From the IMG/VR virus record IMGVR_UViG_2534681703_000014, positions 1 to 45,442 of that record: a DNA stretch of 45,442 nucleotides. One strand, given 5' to 3'. Position 1 is the first letter of the stretch. Each line of letters opens with the position of its first letter. Source of the stretch: a virus. Taxonomy: Duplodnaviria; Heunggongvirae; Uroviricota; Caudoviricetes. The notes below the pieces were generated by a model. That model was not told the DNA's origin. It made no database searches and worked only from the letters and a program-made list of their open reading frames with translations. Shown one piece after another: positions 35,222 through 45,319 of the stretch. The position numbers and the translations under genes were made by a program.

Positions 35222-35790
35222 AAACGGGGGCTGAAGCCATCCGCGCACTGGCCACACAGCTCCCGGTGTTTCGTCAGAAACTGAGCGACGGCTGGTATCA
35301 GGTACGGATTGCCGGGCGGGACGTCAGCACGTCCGGGTTAACGGCGCAGTTACATGAGACTCTGCCTGATGGCGCTGTGATTCATATTGTTCCCAGAGTC
35401 GCCGGGGCCAAGTCAGGTGGCGTATTCCAGATTGTTCTGGGGGCTGCCGCCATTGCCGGATCATTCTTTACCGCCGGGGCCACCCTTGCAGCATGGGGGG
35501 CAGCCATTGGGGCCGGTGGTATGACCGGCATCCTGTTTTCTCTCGGTGCCAGTATGGTGCTCGGTGGTGTGGCGCAGATGCTGGCACCGAAAGCCAGAAC
35601 TCCCCGTACACAGACAACGGATAACGGCAAACAGAACACCTATTTCTCCTCACTGGATAACATGGTTGCCCAGGGCAATGTTCTGCCGGTTCTGTACGGT
35701 GAAATGCGCGTGGGGTCGCGGGTGGTCTCTCAGGAGATCAGCACGGCAGACGAAGGGGATGGTGGTCAGGTTGTGGTGATTGGTCGCTGA
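35119..35790 (+). CDS. Tail assembly protein I
   Basis: 223-aa ORF with hydrophobic Gly/Ala-rich C-terminus; overlaps K 3' end; start uncertain. Confidence 0.65.
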   Translation: MAATHTLPLASPGMARICLYGDLQRFGRRIDLRVKTGAEAIRALATQLPVFRQKLSDGWYQVRIAGRDVSTSGLTAQLHETLPDGAVIHIVPRVAGAKSGGVFQIVLGAAAIAGSFFTAGATLAAWGAAIGAGGMTGILFSLGASMVLGGVAQMLAPKARTPRTQTTDNGKQNTYFSSLDNMVAQGNVLPVLYGEMRVGSRVVSQEISTADEGDGGQVVVIGR

Positions 35791-35850
35791 TGCAAAATGT
35801 TTTATGTGAAACCGCCTCCGGGCGGTTTTGTCGTTTATGGAGCGTGAGGA

Positions 35851-38800
35851 ATGGGTAAAAGCAGCAGTAAGGGGCACACTCCGCGCGAAGCGAAGGACAA
35901 CCTGAAGTCCACGCAGTTGCTGAGTGTGATCGATGCCATCAGCGAAGGGCCGGTTGAAGGTCCGGTGGATGGATTAAAAAGCGTGCTGCTGAACAGTACG
36001 CCAGTGCTGGACAGTGAGGGGAATACCAACATCGCCGGCGTCACGGTGGTGTTCCGGGCCGGTGAGCAGGAGCAGACACCGCCGGAGGGATTTGAATCCT
36101 CCGGCTCCGAGACGGTGCTGGGTACGGAAGTGAAATACGACACGCCGATCACCCGCACCATCACGTCGGCAAACATTGACCGACTGCGCTTTACCTTCGG
36201 TGTGCAGGCACTGGTGGAAACCACCTCAAAGGGAGACCGGAATCCGTCGGAAGTCCGCCTGCTGGTTCAGATACAGCGTAATGGTGGCTGGGTGACGGAA
36301 AAAGACATCACCATTAAAGGCAAAACCACCTCGCAGTATCTGGCATCGGTGGTGGTGGGTAACCTGCCGCCGCGCCCGTTCAATATCCGGATGCGCAGGA
36401 TGACGCCGGACAGCACCACAGACCAGCTGCAGAACAAAACGCTCTGGTCGTCATACACCGAAATCATCGATGTGAAACAGTGCTACCCGAACACGGCACT
36501 GGTCGGCGTGCAGGTGGACTCGGAGCAGTTCGGCAGCCAGCAGGTGAGCCGTAATTATCATCTTCGCGGGCGTATTCTGCAGGTGCCGTCGAACTATAAC
36601 CCGCAGACGCGGCAATACAGCGGTATCTGGGACGGAACGTTTAAGCCAGCATACAGCAATAACATGGCCTGGTGTCTGTGGGATATGCTGACCCATCCAC
36701 GCTACGGCATGGGGAAACGTCTTGGTGCGGCGGATGTGGACAAATGGGCGCTGTATGTCATCGGCCAGTACTGCGACCAGTCAGTGCCGGACGGCTTTGG
36801 CGGCACGGAGCCGCGCATCACCTGTAATGCGTACCTGACCACACAGCGCAAGGCGTGGGATGTGCTCAGTGATTTCTGCTCGGCGATGCGCTGTATGCCG
36901 GTATGGAACGGGCAGACGCTGACGTTCGTGCAGGACCGACCATCAGATAAGGTGTGGACCTATAACCGCAGTAATGTGGTGATGCCGGATGATGGCGCGC
37001 CGTTCCGCTACAGCTTCAGCGCCCTCAAGGACCGCCATAATGCCGTTGAGGTGAACTGGATTGACCCGGATAACGGCTGGGAGACGGCGACAGAGCTTGT
37101 GGAGGACACGCAGGCCATTCTCCGTTACGGTCGTAACGTCACGAAGATGGATGCTTTTGGCTGTACCAGCCGGGGGCAGGCACACCGCGCCGGGCTGTGG
37201 CTGATTAAAACAGAACTGCTGGAAACGCAGACCGTGGATTTCAGCGTCGGCGCAGAAGGGCTTCGCCATGTACCGGGCGATGTCATTGAAATCTGCGATG
37301 ATGACTATGCCGGTATCCGCACCGGCGGGCGCGTGCTGGCGGTAAACAGCCAGACCCAGACGCTGACGCTCGACCGTGAAATCACGCTGCCATCCTCCGG
37401 TACCACGCTGATAAGCCTGGTTGACGGAAGTGGCAATCCGGTCAGCGTGGAGGTTCAGTCCGTCACCGACGGCGTGAAGGTAAAAGTGAGCCGTGTTCCT
37501 GACGGTGTTGCTGAATACAGCGTATGGGGGCTGAAGCTGCCGACGTTGCGCCAGCGCCTGTTCCGCTGTGTGAGTATTCGTGAGAACGATGACGGCACGC
37601 ATGCCATCACTGCCGTGCAGCATGTACCGGAAAAAGAAGCCATCGTGGATAACGGGGCGCACTTTGACGGCGACCAGAGCGGCACGGTGAATGGTGTCAC
37701 GCCGCCAGCGGTGCAGCACCTGACTGCCGAAGTCACTGCAGACAGCGGGGAGTATCAGGTACTGGCCCGCTGGGACACGCCGAAGGTGGTGAAGGGCGTG
37801 AGCTTCCTGCTTCGCCTGACTGTAACAGCGGATGACGGCAGTGAGCGGCTGGTCAGCACGGCCCGGACGACGGAAACCACTTACCGCTTCACACAACTGG
37901 CGCTGGGGAACTACAGGCTGACAGTCCGGGCGGTAAATGCGTGGGGACAGCAGGGCGATCCTGCCACCACCACCTTCCGGATTAACGCACCTGCAAAACC
38001 CGCCACCATTGAGCTGACGCCGGGGTATTTTCAGATAACGGCGGTCCCGCGTCTTGCGGTGTATGACCCGACGGTACAGTTTGAATTCTGGTTCTCAGAA
38101 AAACGCATCACGAACACAGCACAGGTGGAAAAATCTGCCCGTTATCTGGGGGCCGGCAGTCAGTGGACTGTCCAGGGGAGCCGGATTAAGCCGGGGACGG
38201 ATTTCTGGTTTTACGTGCGAAGCGTCAACCTGGTGGGAAAATCTGCTTTTGTGGAAGCCAGCGGGCAGCCCAGCAATGATGGTGAAGGGTATCTGGAAAT
38301 TTTCCGGGGGCTGATAGATGAGACGCTTCTTGGTCAGGCACTGAAAGAGCGCATTGATGCTTCAGCGCTGCGTACGGAGGTCACGCAACTGGAAGAAGAC
38401 ATCCGTCAGCGGATGGACACGGATATCGCAGAAGTGACCCGGAAAATCGGGAAGGCGGAAAACACTCTCACGCAGCTGGTTGCGAAAAAGAATGAGGACC
38501 AGGCACTGGCCATCGCGCAGGTGAACCAGAAAGTGGACCGGGTGAGCAGTGAAATCTCACAGACTGTCAGCCAGGGGCAGTCAGAAAACGCCCGACAGAT
38601 AGCACAGGTCCGCCAGTACGTGGATAAAAAAGGGAGTGAAATTACCTCGACCACGGATAAAAAGCTGGGTGACCAGGCCGTGACCATACAGCAAATCCAG
38701 CGGGTTCAGTCAGACACGCGCAATGAGCTGAATGCCATGTATATGCTGAAGGTGCAGAAAACAAAAAACGGTATTCCCTATGTGGCCGGTATTGGTGCAG

Positions 38801-39552
38801 GGATTGAGGATGTTGATGGTCAGACCCTGAGTAACATTCTGCTGCAGGCCGATCGCATTGCGATGATTACCCCGGAGAACGGTAACACCACGCCGCTGTT
38901 TGTGGCGCAGGGGAATCAGCTGTTCATGAACGACGTGTTCCTGAAGCGACTATTTGCGGTGAGCATCACGTCATCCGGTAATCCTCCGGCATTCTCCATG
39001 ACACCGGACGGGCGGCTGACGGCGAGAAATGCTGATATCAGCGGTAACGTGAATGCGAATTCCGGGACGCTCAACAACGTCACGATTAATCAGAACTGCC
39101 GGATCCTTGGAAAACTGTCAGCCAGCCAGATTGAAGGCGATATTGTCAAAACGGTGGGTAAGGCTTTCCCGCGAAATGGAAGTTATGCCAGTGGCACTAT
39201 AACCGTCACGGTTTATGATGATCAGGGATTCGACCGGCAGATTATCATTCCGCCGGTATTATTTCGTGGTACGAAACACCAGAATTTCAACAGTCATAAC
39301 CAACAGTCATACTGGTATTCCACCTGCAAGCTGCAGGTGTTTAAAAACGGGGCTGAGATTTTCCATGAACCGGCAACGGATGTCAGCCGGGTGTTCTCAT
39401 CGGTGATAGATATGCCGGCAGGACGGGGTCATGTCACCCTGACGTTTAATGTGTCGTCGACCGGCGCGAACAAATGGACGCCGACAACGTACATCAGCGA
39501 TTTACTGGTGGTGGTCATGAAAAAATCCACGGCAGGAATCAGTATCAGCTGA
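35851..39552 (+). CDS. Host specificity (central tail fiber) protein J, 1233 aa
   Basis: Size, position after I, overall similarity to lambda J by recollection. Confidence 0.85.
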   Translation: MGKSSSKGHTPREAKDNLKSTQLLSVIDAISEGPVEGPVDGLKSVLLNSTPVLDSEGNTNIAGVTVVFRAGEQEQTPPEGFESSGSETVLGTEVKYDTPITRTITSANIDRLRFTFGVQALVETTSKGDRNPSEVRLLVQIQRNGGWVTEKDITIKGKTTSQYLASVVVGNLPPRPFNIRMRRMTPDSTTDQLQNKTLWSSYTEIIDVKQCYPNTALVGVQVDSEQFGSQQVSRNYHLRGRILQVPSNYNPQTRQYSGIWDGTFKPAYSNNMAWCLWDMLTHPRYGMGKRLGAADVDKWALYVIGQYCDQSVPDGFGGTEPRITCNAYLTTQRKAWDVLSDFCSAMRCMPVWNGQTLTFVQDRPSDKVWTYNRSNVVMPDDGAPFRYSFSALKDRHNAVEVNWIDPDNGWETATELVEDTQAILRYGRNVTKMDAFGCTSRGQAHRAGLWLIKTELLETQTVDFSVGAEGLRHVPGDVIEICDDDYAGIRTGGRVLAVNSQTQTLTLDREITLPSSGTTLISLVDGSGNPVSVEVQSVTDGVKVKVSRVPDGVAEYSVWGLKLPTLRQRLFRCVSIRENDDGTHAITAVQHVPEKEAIVDNGAHFDGDQSGTVNGVTPPAVQHLTAEVTADSGEYQVLARWDTPKVVKGVSFLLRLTVTADDGSERLVSTARTTETTYRFTQLALGNYRLTVRAVNAWGQQGDPATTTFRINAPAKPATIELTPGYFQITAVPRLAVYDPTVQFEFWFSEKRITNTAQVEKSARYLGAGSQWTVQGSRIKPGTDFWFYVRSVNLVGKSAFVEASGQPSNDGEGYLEIFRGLIDETLLGQALKERIDASALRTEVTQLEEDIRQRMDTDIAEVTRKIGKAENTLTQLVAKKNEDQALAIAQVNQKVDRVSSEISQTVSQGQSENARQIAQVRQYVDKKGSEITSTTDKKLGDQAVTIQQIQRVQSDTRNELNAMYMLKVQKTKNGIPYVAGIGAGIEDVDGQTLSNILLQADRIAMITPENGNTTPLFVAQGNQLFMNDVFLKRLFAVSITSSGNPPAFSMTPDGRLTARNADISGNVNANSGTLNNVTINQNCRILGKLSASQIEGDIVKTVGKAFPRNGSYASGTITVTVYDDQGFDRQIIIPPVLFRGTKHQNFNSHNQQSYWYSTCKLQVFKNGAEIFHEPATDVSRVFSSVIDMPAGRGHVTLTFNVSSTGANKWTPTTYISDLLVVVMKKSTAGISIS

Positions 39553-39571
39553 CGATTTATTAACCCGGAGG

Positions 39572-39595
39572 GGCACCCGAAGCGGTGCCTTTTTT
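39572..39595 (+). terminator. Rho-independent terminator after J
   Basis: Hairpin GGCACC-CGAAGC-GGTGCC followed by TTTTTT. Confidence 0.6.
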
Positions 39596-39619
39596 ATTGA
39601 CTGAAAACGAGAGGTAATC

Positions 39620-40231
39620 ATGCGCCATATTTTATTTTTTGTCGCTTTTCTGGCAGGAATGGCCCTTCCTGCGCAGGCTGAAGTCGGACACGGTGCGTTT
39701 TCCGTGGGATATGCTCAGGTTCACCCGGGCGGCGTGCCGGCATTGTCCGGTACCGGTGCCCGTACAGGTGATTTAAAAGGGATTAACGTGAAATACCGTT
39801 ATGAATTCACGGACCATGCGGGTGGTATTGTTTCGCTGAGTTATGCGTCGGCGAAAAAAAGCGACACGATGAAGACGGGTGAAAATACGCTCCATTATGA
39901 AAGCCTGCGCGGTCGTTATGTGAGTCTGATGGCCGGCCCTGTCTGGCAGGTCAGTGAGCAGGTCAGTCTCTATGGCACGGCTGGGATGGCTTACACCCGC
40001 TGGTCTGACAGTGTTCAGGATTACCGACGTGATGAATTGAAACCGGGGTATGTGAAGGAGACGACCACCGCCAGTGATGGCTATACCGCACGACACCTGT
40101 CGCTGGCATGGGGTGCGGGTCTTCAGTTCAGCCCGGCAGAAACGGTGACTATTGACCTTGCTTATGAAGGCTCCGGCAGTGGTGACTGGCGCACTGACGG
40201 TTTCATCGTGGGTGTCGGTTATAAGTTCTGA
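39620..40231 (+). CDS. lom: Outer membrane beta-barrel protein of the Ail/Lom/OmpX family
   Basis: Signal peptide MRHILFFVAFLAGMALPAQA, beta-strand-rich, C-terminal ...GVGYKF; lom position downstream of J. Confidence 0.85.
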   Translation: MRHILFFVAFLAGMALPAQAEVGHGAFSVGYAQVHPGGVPALSGTGARTGDLKGINVKYRYEFTDHAGGIVSLSYASAKKSDTMKTGENTLHYESLRGRYVSLMAGPVWQVSEQVSLYGTAGMAYTRWSDSVQDYRRDELKPGYVKETTTASDGYTARHLSLAWGAGLQFSPAETVTIDLAYEGSGSGDWRTDGFIVGVGYKF

Positions 40232-40258
40232 TTAGCCAGGTAACACAGTGTTATGACA

Positions 40259-40284
40259 GCCCGCCGGTTCAGGCGGGCTTTTTT
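40259..40284 (+). terminator. Rho-independent terminator after lom
   Basis: Hairpin GCCCGCC-GGTTCA-GGCGGGC followed by TTTTTT. Confidence 0.6.
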
Positions 40285-40295
40285 GTGGGGTGAAT

Positions 40296-42419
40296 ATGGC
40301 AGTAAAGATTTCAGGTGTGCTGAAAGACGGGGCGGGTAAGCCTGTCGTAAATTGTGCGATTGAACTGCGGGCCAGAAGAACCAGTCCGACCGTTGTGGCA
40401 CACGTTGTCGCCACTTGTGTGACGGACAATAACGGTGCTTATGTGATTGAGGCTGAGCCGGGGTATTACGAGGTTGCGCTTAACCGTAACGGCTGGCAGC
40501 CAACCCGTGTCGGGGATATTTATGTGGCACCGACTGACACACCTGGGACACTGAACGCGTTTCTGGATGCACCAAAGGATGGTGATTTACGTCCGGAGGT
40601 GATGAAGCGTTTTGAGGAAATGGTGGATGCAGTTACCCGGCAGTCAGAGCAGGTCACTGATGACCGTAAAAGAGCAGAGTCGGCAGCGGATACAGCAACA
40701 AACGCAGCGACCTCTGCTCTTGACAGTAAAAATAAGGCAGAAGAGCTGAAAAATCAGGCACAGCAGAGCGCCGAAGCGGCTGCAAAAAGCGAGCAGAACG
40801 CAAAAAGTCACGCTGATAATGCAGCCGGAAGCGCACAACAGACTGCACAGGATGTGACAGCAACCGAAACGGCCCGTGATGACGCAGAGCGTTTTGCGAA
40901 TGAGGCAGAAAACAGTGCTCAGGCATCAGGGGCAGCGCGGAATGAATCGGTTGATGCAGCCGGACGCGCCAGTCAGTATAAGGAAGCAGCATCTTTGGCT
41001 GCGACCAGTGCAGAAAATGCGGCAAATGTTGCGCTGGGCCATGAAAATAACGCTGCCGAATACGCCCGGCAGGCGAAGGCCAGCCAGGATGCGAGCGCAG
41101 GCAATGCGCAGGAAGCGAAACAGCAGAGGGACGAGGCGCAACGGATTGTTGATGACCTGAAGGGAAGCAATGCTTCCACAACAGAAAAAGGCCTGGTGCA
41201 ACTCTGTAGTGATACAGACAACGACAGCGAGGAACTGGCAGCCACACCAAAAGCCGTCAAAACCGTCATGGACGAGACGAAAACAAAAGCGCCGCTGGAC
41301 AGCCCGGCATTCACCGGCACACCCACCACACCAACCCCACCGGACGATGCTGCCGGTCTGGAAACAGCGAACGCGGCATTTGTTCGCAAACTGCTTGCTG
41401 CGCTGGTTGACTCGTCACCGGAAGCCCTGGACACGCTGAACGAGCTGGCAGCAGCGCTGGGCAATGACCCGAACTTTGCGACAACGGTTACTAAAGCACT
41501 GGCAGGTAAACAGCCGCTTAACAATACGTTAACCAATATCAGCAAGGTAGGGGTGGGACAAAACTCTCTCCTTTATTTTGGTGATAACTTTGAGGCAAAA
41601 GCAATTCCATGCAGCAACAAGGCTCGCTTATTACTGTCACGAAACACGCCTGGAGACATGCGCACGGAGCTTGGACTGAAAGCTGCTGCTACGATGGAAC
41701 CCCAGAGCTATATCCGCGACCGCGCACCGGGCAGGCTGGCACTGTCCGGTATGCATGGGTTCGGTCAGGCATTTGCCAGCACCGAAGCCCTGACATTTAA
41801 CGGGCAGGCCGATTTTGTTGAATGGCTGAAAGTGGCCACGCCGGGGCGTTATGCGGTCAGTCTTGCGGATTCTTCCATGCTGCTGGTAGGCACCAAGAAA
41901 TTTAACGGCATCATTGATGTGATGTGGTCGCCCTTTGATAACGATGAGTCGGACACAATACGCAAATTCAAAACACTGCTGTGTTTTAACCAGTATTACG
42001 AAGGTGAGCATAGTATTCATTTCCTGACTTACCGCTTTAGTGGAAACAACTGGAATGCAACAGTAAGCCCCATTATTTACGACGGCGATTCGCTGGCCTT
42101 CCTGCTGTCCAGGACGGCGGGCTCAGGCTCATATTTCAAATACCCGGCAGTGGGTGTTCCAGTGCTGGCTGTTTATCGCGGAACAACTTTCGGGGATAAA
42201 GAAATCAATATTGGCCTGGGTGATGTGGTGCAGGGGTCACAACTGGGCGGAGTTAATCTTTCGTGCTTAATATCTTCTCCTGGGGTTGGCTCCTACAATT
42301 CCGCACCGAGTGCAGGAGCTACAGGGTACACTTTCCCGGGGCGTTATATGGCGCTATCCGGGGTCAGGGACTCTAAAGGAATAACCGGTCGTATCTGCCT
42401 GTTTGTGCGCATCGAGTAA
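40296..42419 (+). CDS. stf: Side tail fiber protein (Stf-like)
   Basis: N-terminus MAVKISGVLKDGAGKPV... and internal ...LAATPKAVKTVMDETKTKAPLDSPAFTGTPT... match lambda Stf as I recall it; Ala/Ser-rich repeats. Confidence 0.85.
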   Translation: MAVKISGVLKDGAGKPVVNCAIELRARRTSPTVVAHVVATCVTDNNGAYVIEAEPGYYEVALNRNGWQPTRVGDIYVAPTDTPGTLNAFLDAPKDGDLRPEVMKRFEEMVDAVTRQSEQVTDDRKRAESAADTATNAATSALDSKNKAEELKNQAQQSAEAAAKSEQNAKSHADNAAGSAQQTAQDVTATETARDDAERFANEAENSAQASGAARNESVDAAGRASQYKEAASLAATSAENAANVALGHENNAAEYARQAKASQDASAGNAQEAKQQRDEAQRIVDDLKGSNASTTEKGLVQLCSDTDNDSEELAATPKAVKTVMDETKTKAPLDSPAFTGTPTTPTPPDDAAGLETANAAFVRKLLAALVDSSPEALDTLNELAAALGNDPNFATTVTKALAGKQPLNNTLTNISKVGVGQNSLLYFGDNFEAKAIPCSNKARLLLSRNTPGDMRTELGLKAAATMEPQSYIRDRAPGRLALSGMHGFGQAFASTEALTFNGQADFVEWLKVATPGRYAVSLADSSMLLVGTKKFNGIIDVMWSPFDNDESDTIRKFKTLLCFNQYYEGEHSIHFLTYRFSGNNWNATVSPIIYDGDSLAFLLSRTAGSGSYFKYPAVGVPVLAVYRGTTFGDKEINIGLGDVVQGSQLGGVNLSCLISSPGVGSYNSAPSAGATGYTFPGRYMALSGVRDSKGITGRICLFVRIE

Positions 42420-42432
42420 CGGGGAATAAAAC

Positions 42433-43008
42433 ATGAAAATCAGAGCGGTAAAGGGCATCAGAAACGCCCATTATCTTGAAAATGGTGCGGTTGACTGCGA
42501 GGTGTTATTTGAAGGTGAAACGGAATTCGTCCCGTATACCGCCATGCAGGATGATACCGCACCGACAGGCCAGCGCATCTGGGAAGAGTTGCAGAACGGC
42601 AAATGGGGCGAAATCGCCCCTTTCACTGTCACGCCGGAACTTATCGCCGCGGCGAAGGATGCCAAAAAGCAGGAAATCGAGGCATGGCGCACAGAACAGG
42701 AAGCACTGCCGTTCACCTTTGAATGGAACGGTCGCACCTGGAACGCTGGCCCCGACTCAATGGCCCGTCTTTATCCGGTAGTAATGGCGGCGAAATCTGA
42801 TACGGCACTAACCGCCCTTGCATGGGGTGATGCCGATAATCAACAGGTGAAACTGTCAATGCCGGAACTGGAAGAACTGGCGACAGCAATGGCGCAGGCA
42901 CAGGTCGATCGCAATAACGAGATTTATCAGCGTCAGCGGGAGATGAAGGAAGAACTGAATAATCTTGATGATTTACGCTCAATCCGAGCGTTTGACGTTA
43001 CGCAATAA
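42433..43008 (+). CDS. Putative tail fiber assembly/chaperone protein (atypical, not canonical Tfa)
   Basis: 191-aa ORF immediately after stf; lacks the conserved Tfa C-terminal motif that appears in two fragments farther right. Confidence 0.45.
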   Translation: MKIRAVKGIRNAHYLENGAVDCEVLFEGETEFVPYTAMQDDTAPTGQRIWEELQNGKWGEIAPFTVTPELIAAAKDAKKQEIEAWRTEQEALPFTFEWNGRTWNAGPDSMARLYPVVMAAKSDTALTALAWGDADNQQVKLSMPELEELATAMAQAQVDRNNEIYQRQREMKEELNNLDDLRSIRAFDVTQ

Positions 43009-43228
43009 AAAAACATTGATATGCCAGCCCCTTGTAAAAATATTGAACATGGACGCTTTGAGTTGAATTGGATTTACATGGGGCACCTTGGGGCATATAT
43101 GGGACATAAAAAGGCCTCAGACAAACAGCAAAATCGAGTTCAGGAGTTTTTAGAAAAAATACAACCATCTTAAAAAAACTTAGAAAACGCCCAGAAATCC
43201 ACAGGATGGTAAAAAATATCTATGAATC

Positions 43229-43417
43229 ATGGGTTTCCAGTTATATTCGCTCGGCGCAGCGTTAGTGTTTCATGAAATATTTTTTCCTGAATCATCAACG
43301 GCAATGGCGTTAATTCTGGCAATGGGAACCTACGGTGCAGGTTATGTGGCACGTATTGTCGGAGCATTTATTTTCGGAAAAATGGGCGACAGACGCCGCA
43401 GGACGTACTCGGAGTAG
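43229..43417 (+). pseudogene. Fragment resembling the N-terminal region of an MFS (metabolite:H+ symporter family) transporter
   Basis: LGAALVFHEIFFPESSTAMALILAMGTYGAGYVARIVGAFIFGKMGDRRRR parallels ShiA/ProP-type N-terminal TM1-TM2 region by recollection; ORF truncated at both ends. Confidence 0.35.
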
Positions 43418-43763
43418 TAACGCGTATGGTCATTGCGCCGCGAGTGCCAATAACTTCCACCACAGCACCTGCAAGACAAATATTTCCGCAACCTGTATCT
43501 GTAATAACCTTATTATTTGCATAAGCCCATGAGCCTTTGCACATCCAGTAAGGATGGTTAAATGCCCCCTGACTCTCCAGCCACGAAATAAATTGCGCGG
43601 TTGTCCAGATCTGACTATCGCCACCAATATTCAGCCATGCTCTATATGCGCGGCAGGCACCAATATTTTTGGTGAAGGTATCTTTTACCGGAATATCTGC
43701 ACCGTTCTGGTTTTTCTGTAATGCGCCAGAAGCCTGATTTACCGTTTCCTGTAAACCGAGGTT
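43368..43763 (-). pseudogene. Inverted-orientation C-terminal fragment of a tail fiber gene (stf'-like remnant)
   Basis: Minus-strand frame lacking a start codon (...CRAYRAWLNIGGDSQIWTTAQFISWLESQGAFNHPYWMCKGSWAYANNKVITDTGCGNICLAG...); call rests on its position and orientation beside the pin remnant, not on a recognised motif. Confidence 0.35.
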
Positions 43764-43825
43764 TTAGATAATGGCCGTATCCGGCCTGCATGGCATGATT
43801 TGCGCTTTTGGACGGGAGATTCAGT

Positions 43826-44059
43826 GTGCTGATTGGTTATGTAAGGGTATCAACAAATGACCAGAATACAGACCTGCAACGAAACGCTCTTGTTTGTGCA
43901 GGATGTGAACAAATATTTGAAGATAAATAAAGCGGAACAAGGACAGGCCGACCTGGATTAAAACGTGCTTTAAAGCGCCTTCAAAAAGGTGACGCACTGG
44001 TTGTCTGGAAACTGGACTGACTGGGTCACTGTATGCGGCATCTTGTCGTGCTGGTGGTG
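43826..44059 (+). pseudogene. Serine recombinase DNA invertase (Pin/Gin/Hin family) remnant with two in-frame stops, truncated
   Basis: VLIGYVRVSTNDQNTDLQRNALVCAGCEQIFEDK-stop-SGTRTGRPGLKRALKRLQKGDALVVWKLD-stop-LG..MRHL; in-frame TAA 43928-43930 and TGA 44018-44020; catalytic-Ser N-terminus recognisable. Confidence 0.7.
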
Positions 44060-44152
44060 GAAGCCTGGAAAAAGTATCGGGTGTTGCTGAATCGTGTTGA
44101 TACATCAACTGCACCTGATATTGAGTGGCCTACGAACCCTGTCATGGAGTAA
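44060..44152 (+). pseudogene. Tail fiber assembly protein (Tfa) C-terminal fragment fused in frame to the pin remnant
   Basis: [30 protein letters not shown] matches the conserved Tfa C-terminus as I recall it. Confidence 0.65.
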
Positions 44153-44206
44153 TCATTGGGATTATGCCGCAGCACGTCTTAAGCAAGAACGTGCTGCGGT
44201 TGGATG

Positions 44207-44875
44207 CTATTTTTTCCCTGAAGCGGAAAACATTACTACAGTACCTTGAACCTTGGTTTTAACATTCTCGAAATGCTCTGAGAGTATATGCGTTAAGCCT
44301 TCTTCGGAATCTTTTGTGTTTGAAAAGATGCCTTTCTGATTGTAAATGCGCATCAGTTTTTGACCGAAGCTATTGTGCACAACTCCATCGCCAAGAATTG
44401 TGGCTCCGTATAGAGTTCCATCGTCAGTTAAGGCCTGCGCCGCATTGCGTATTACACAGCTTTTTGTAGATATATTTCCAGGCAGGCAGTGAAGAAGGTA
44501 AAACATGGAAATGGAATCAAATTGACCATGTAACGCCGCGGGATAAGGTTCAAAAACATCATGGCTAATTTTATGTTTAATTTTTGATTCCCCAGCCCTT
44601 GTAGATGCCGCGTTCAGGCTAGCTTCGTTCAAATCCATTAAAGATATCAGACTACTCTCAGGTACGTGAGTAAGGTAAAACCCAGTTCCAACACCAATAT
44701 CCAGATGGTTGTTACCTAAATGTTCCAGAAAGTGTGGAAGAAGGTATTCCTTTGTAGGACATCCCCATGCAAGCCGATTTGATACTCCCAAAACCCACCA
44801 GTCATAAAGCTTTAGGGTAAGTGGTGTGTAAATTTTAGCCCCATCATCTGTGTTTTTTTTCATTAATTTCACCAT
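44207..44875 (-). CDS. Class I SAM-dependent methyltransferase (222 aa), AT-rich cargo gene
   Basis: Motif I DIGVGTGFY (Gly-rich SAM-binding loop); low GC relative to flanking phage DNA. Confidence 0.7.
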   Translation of the reverse strand: MVKLMKKNTDDGAKIYTPLTLKLYDWWVLGVSNRLAWGCPTKEYLLPHFLEHLGNNHLDIGVGTGFYLTHVPESSLISLMDLNEASLNAASTRAGESKIKHKISHDVFEPYPAALHGQFDSISMFYLLHCLPGNISTKSCVIRNAAQALTDDGTLYGATILGDGVVHNSFGQKLMRIYNQKGIFSNTKDSEEGLTHILSEHFENVKTKVQGTVVMFSASGKK

Positions 44876-45045
44876 GTTATAGTTTTGTTTGTGAATTAAA
44901 TCAATTATGGCGATGAATTACAAGGGGTTAAATGCTGCCGCAGCATAGCGATATTGAAATAGCCTAGTATGCTTCGATACAGCAGGAGCCGAATGGCTGG
45001 AAGACCGTCACCACACAGTTCTACACCCAGGAATTCAGTGAGTAT

Positions 45046-45198
45046 ATTGCGCCACTGCAGGATGCTGTAGATCTGGAAATCGCAAAGGAGGAAGAAAGAT
45101 CGTTGCTGGAGGCATGGAATAAATATCGGGTATTGTTGAATCGTGTTGATACATCAACTGCACCTGATATTGAGTGGCCGACTTCACCTGCAGAGTAA
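45046..45198 (+). pseudogene. Second Tfa C-terminal fragment
   Basis: [50 protein letters not shown]; no N-terminal part (in-frame stop at 44965-44967). Confidence 0.6.
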
Positions 45199-45319
45199 TC
45201 AACGGCGCAGGGATGATATTTTGTGCTTGAAGTGCCTCCCCGACCATTCAGATAGTCGGGGAGGGGTATTGGGATTATACGCAATCAGTTTTAGTTAAAG
45301 ACCGAAGCTCTCGAAAAAT

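Noticed and set aside
36943-37896. 317-aa minus-strand ORF inside the J gene
   Set aside because: Antisense to the host-specificity gene with arginine/proline-rich composition typical of antisense GC-rich frames; rejected as spurious.
40654-41545. Minus-strand ORFs (198 aa and 190 aa) inside the side tail fiber gene
   Set aside because: Antisense frames of the Ala/Ser-rich repetitive stf coding region; spurious.
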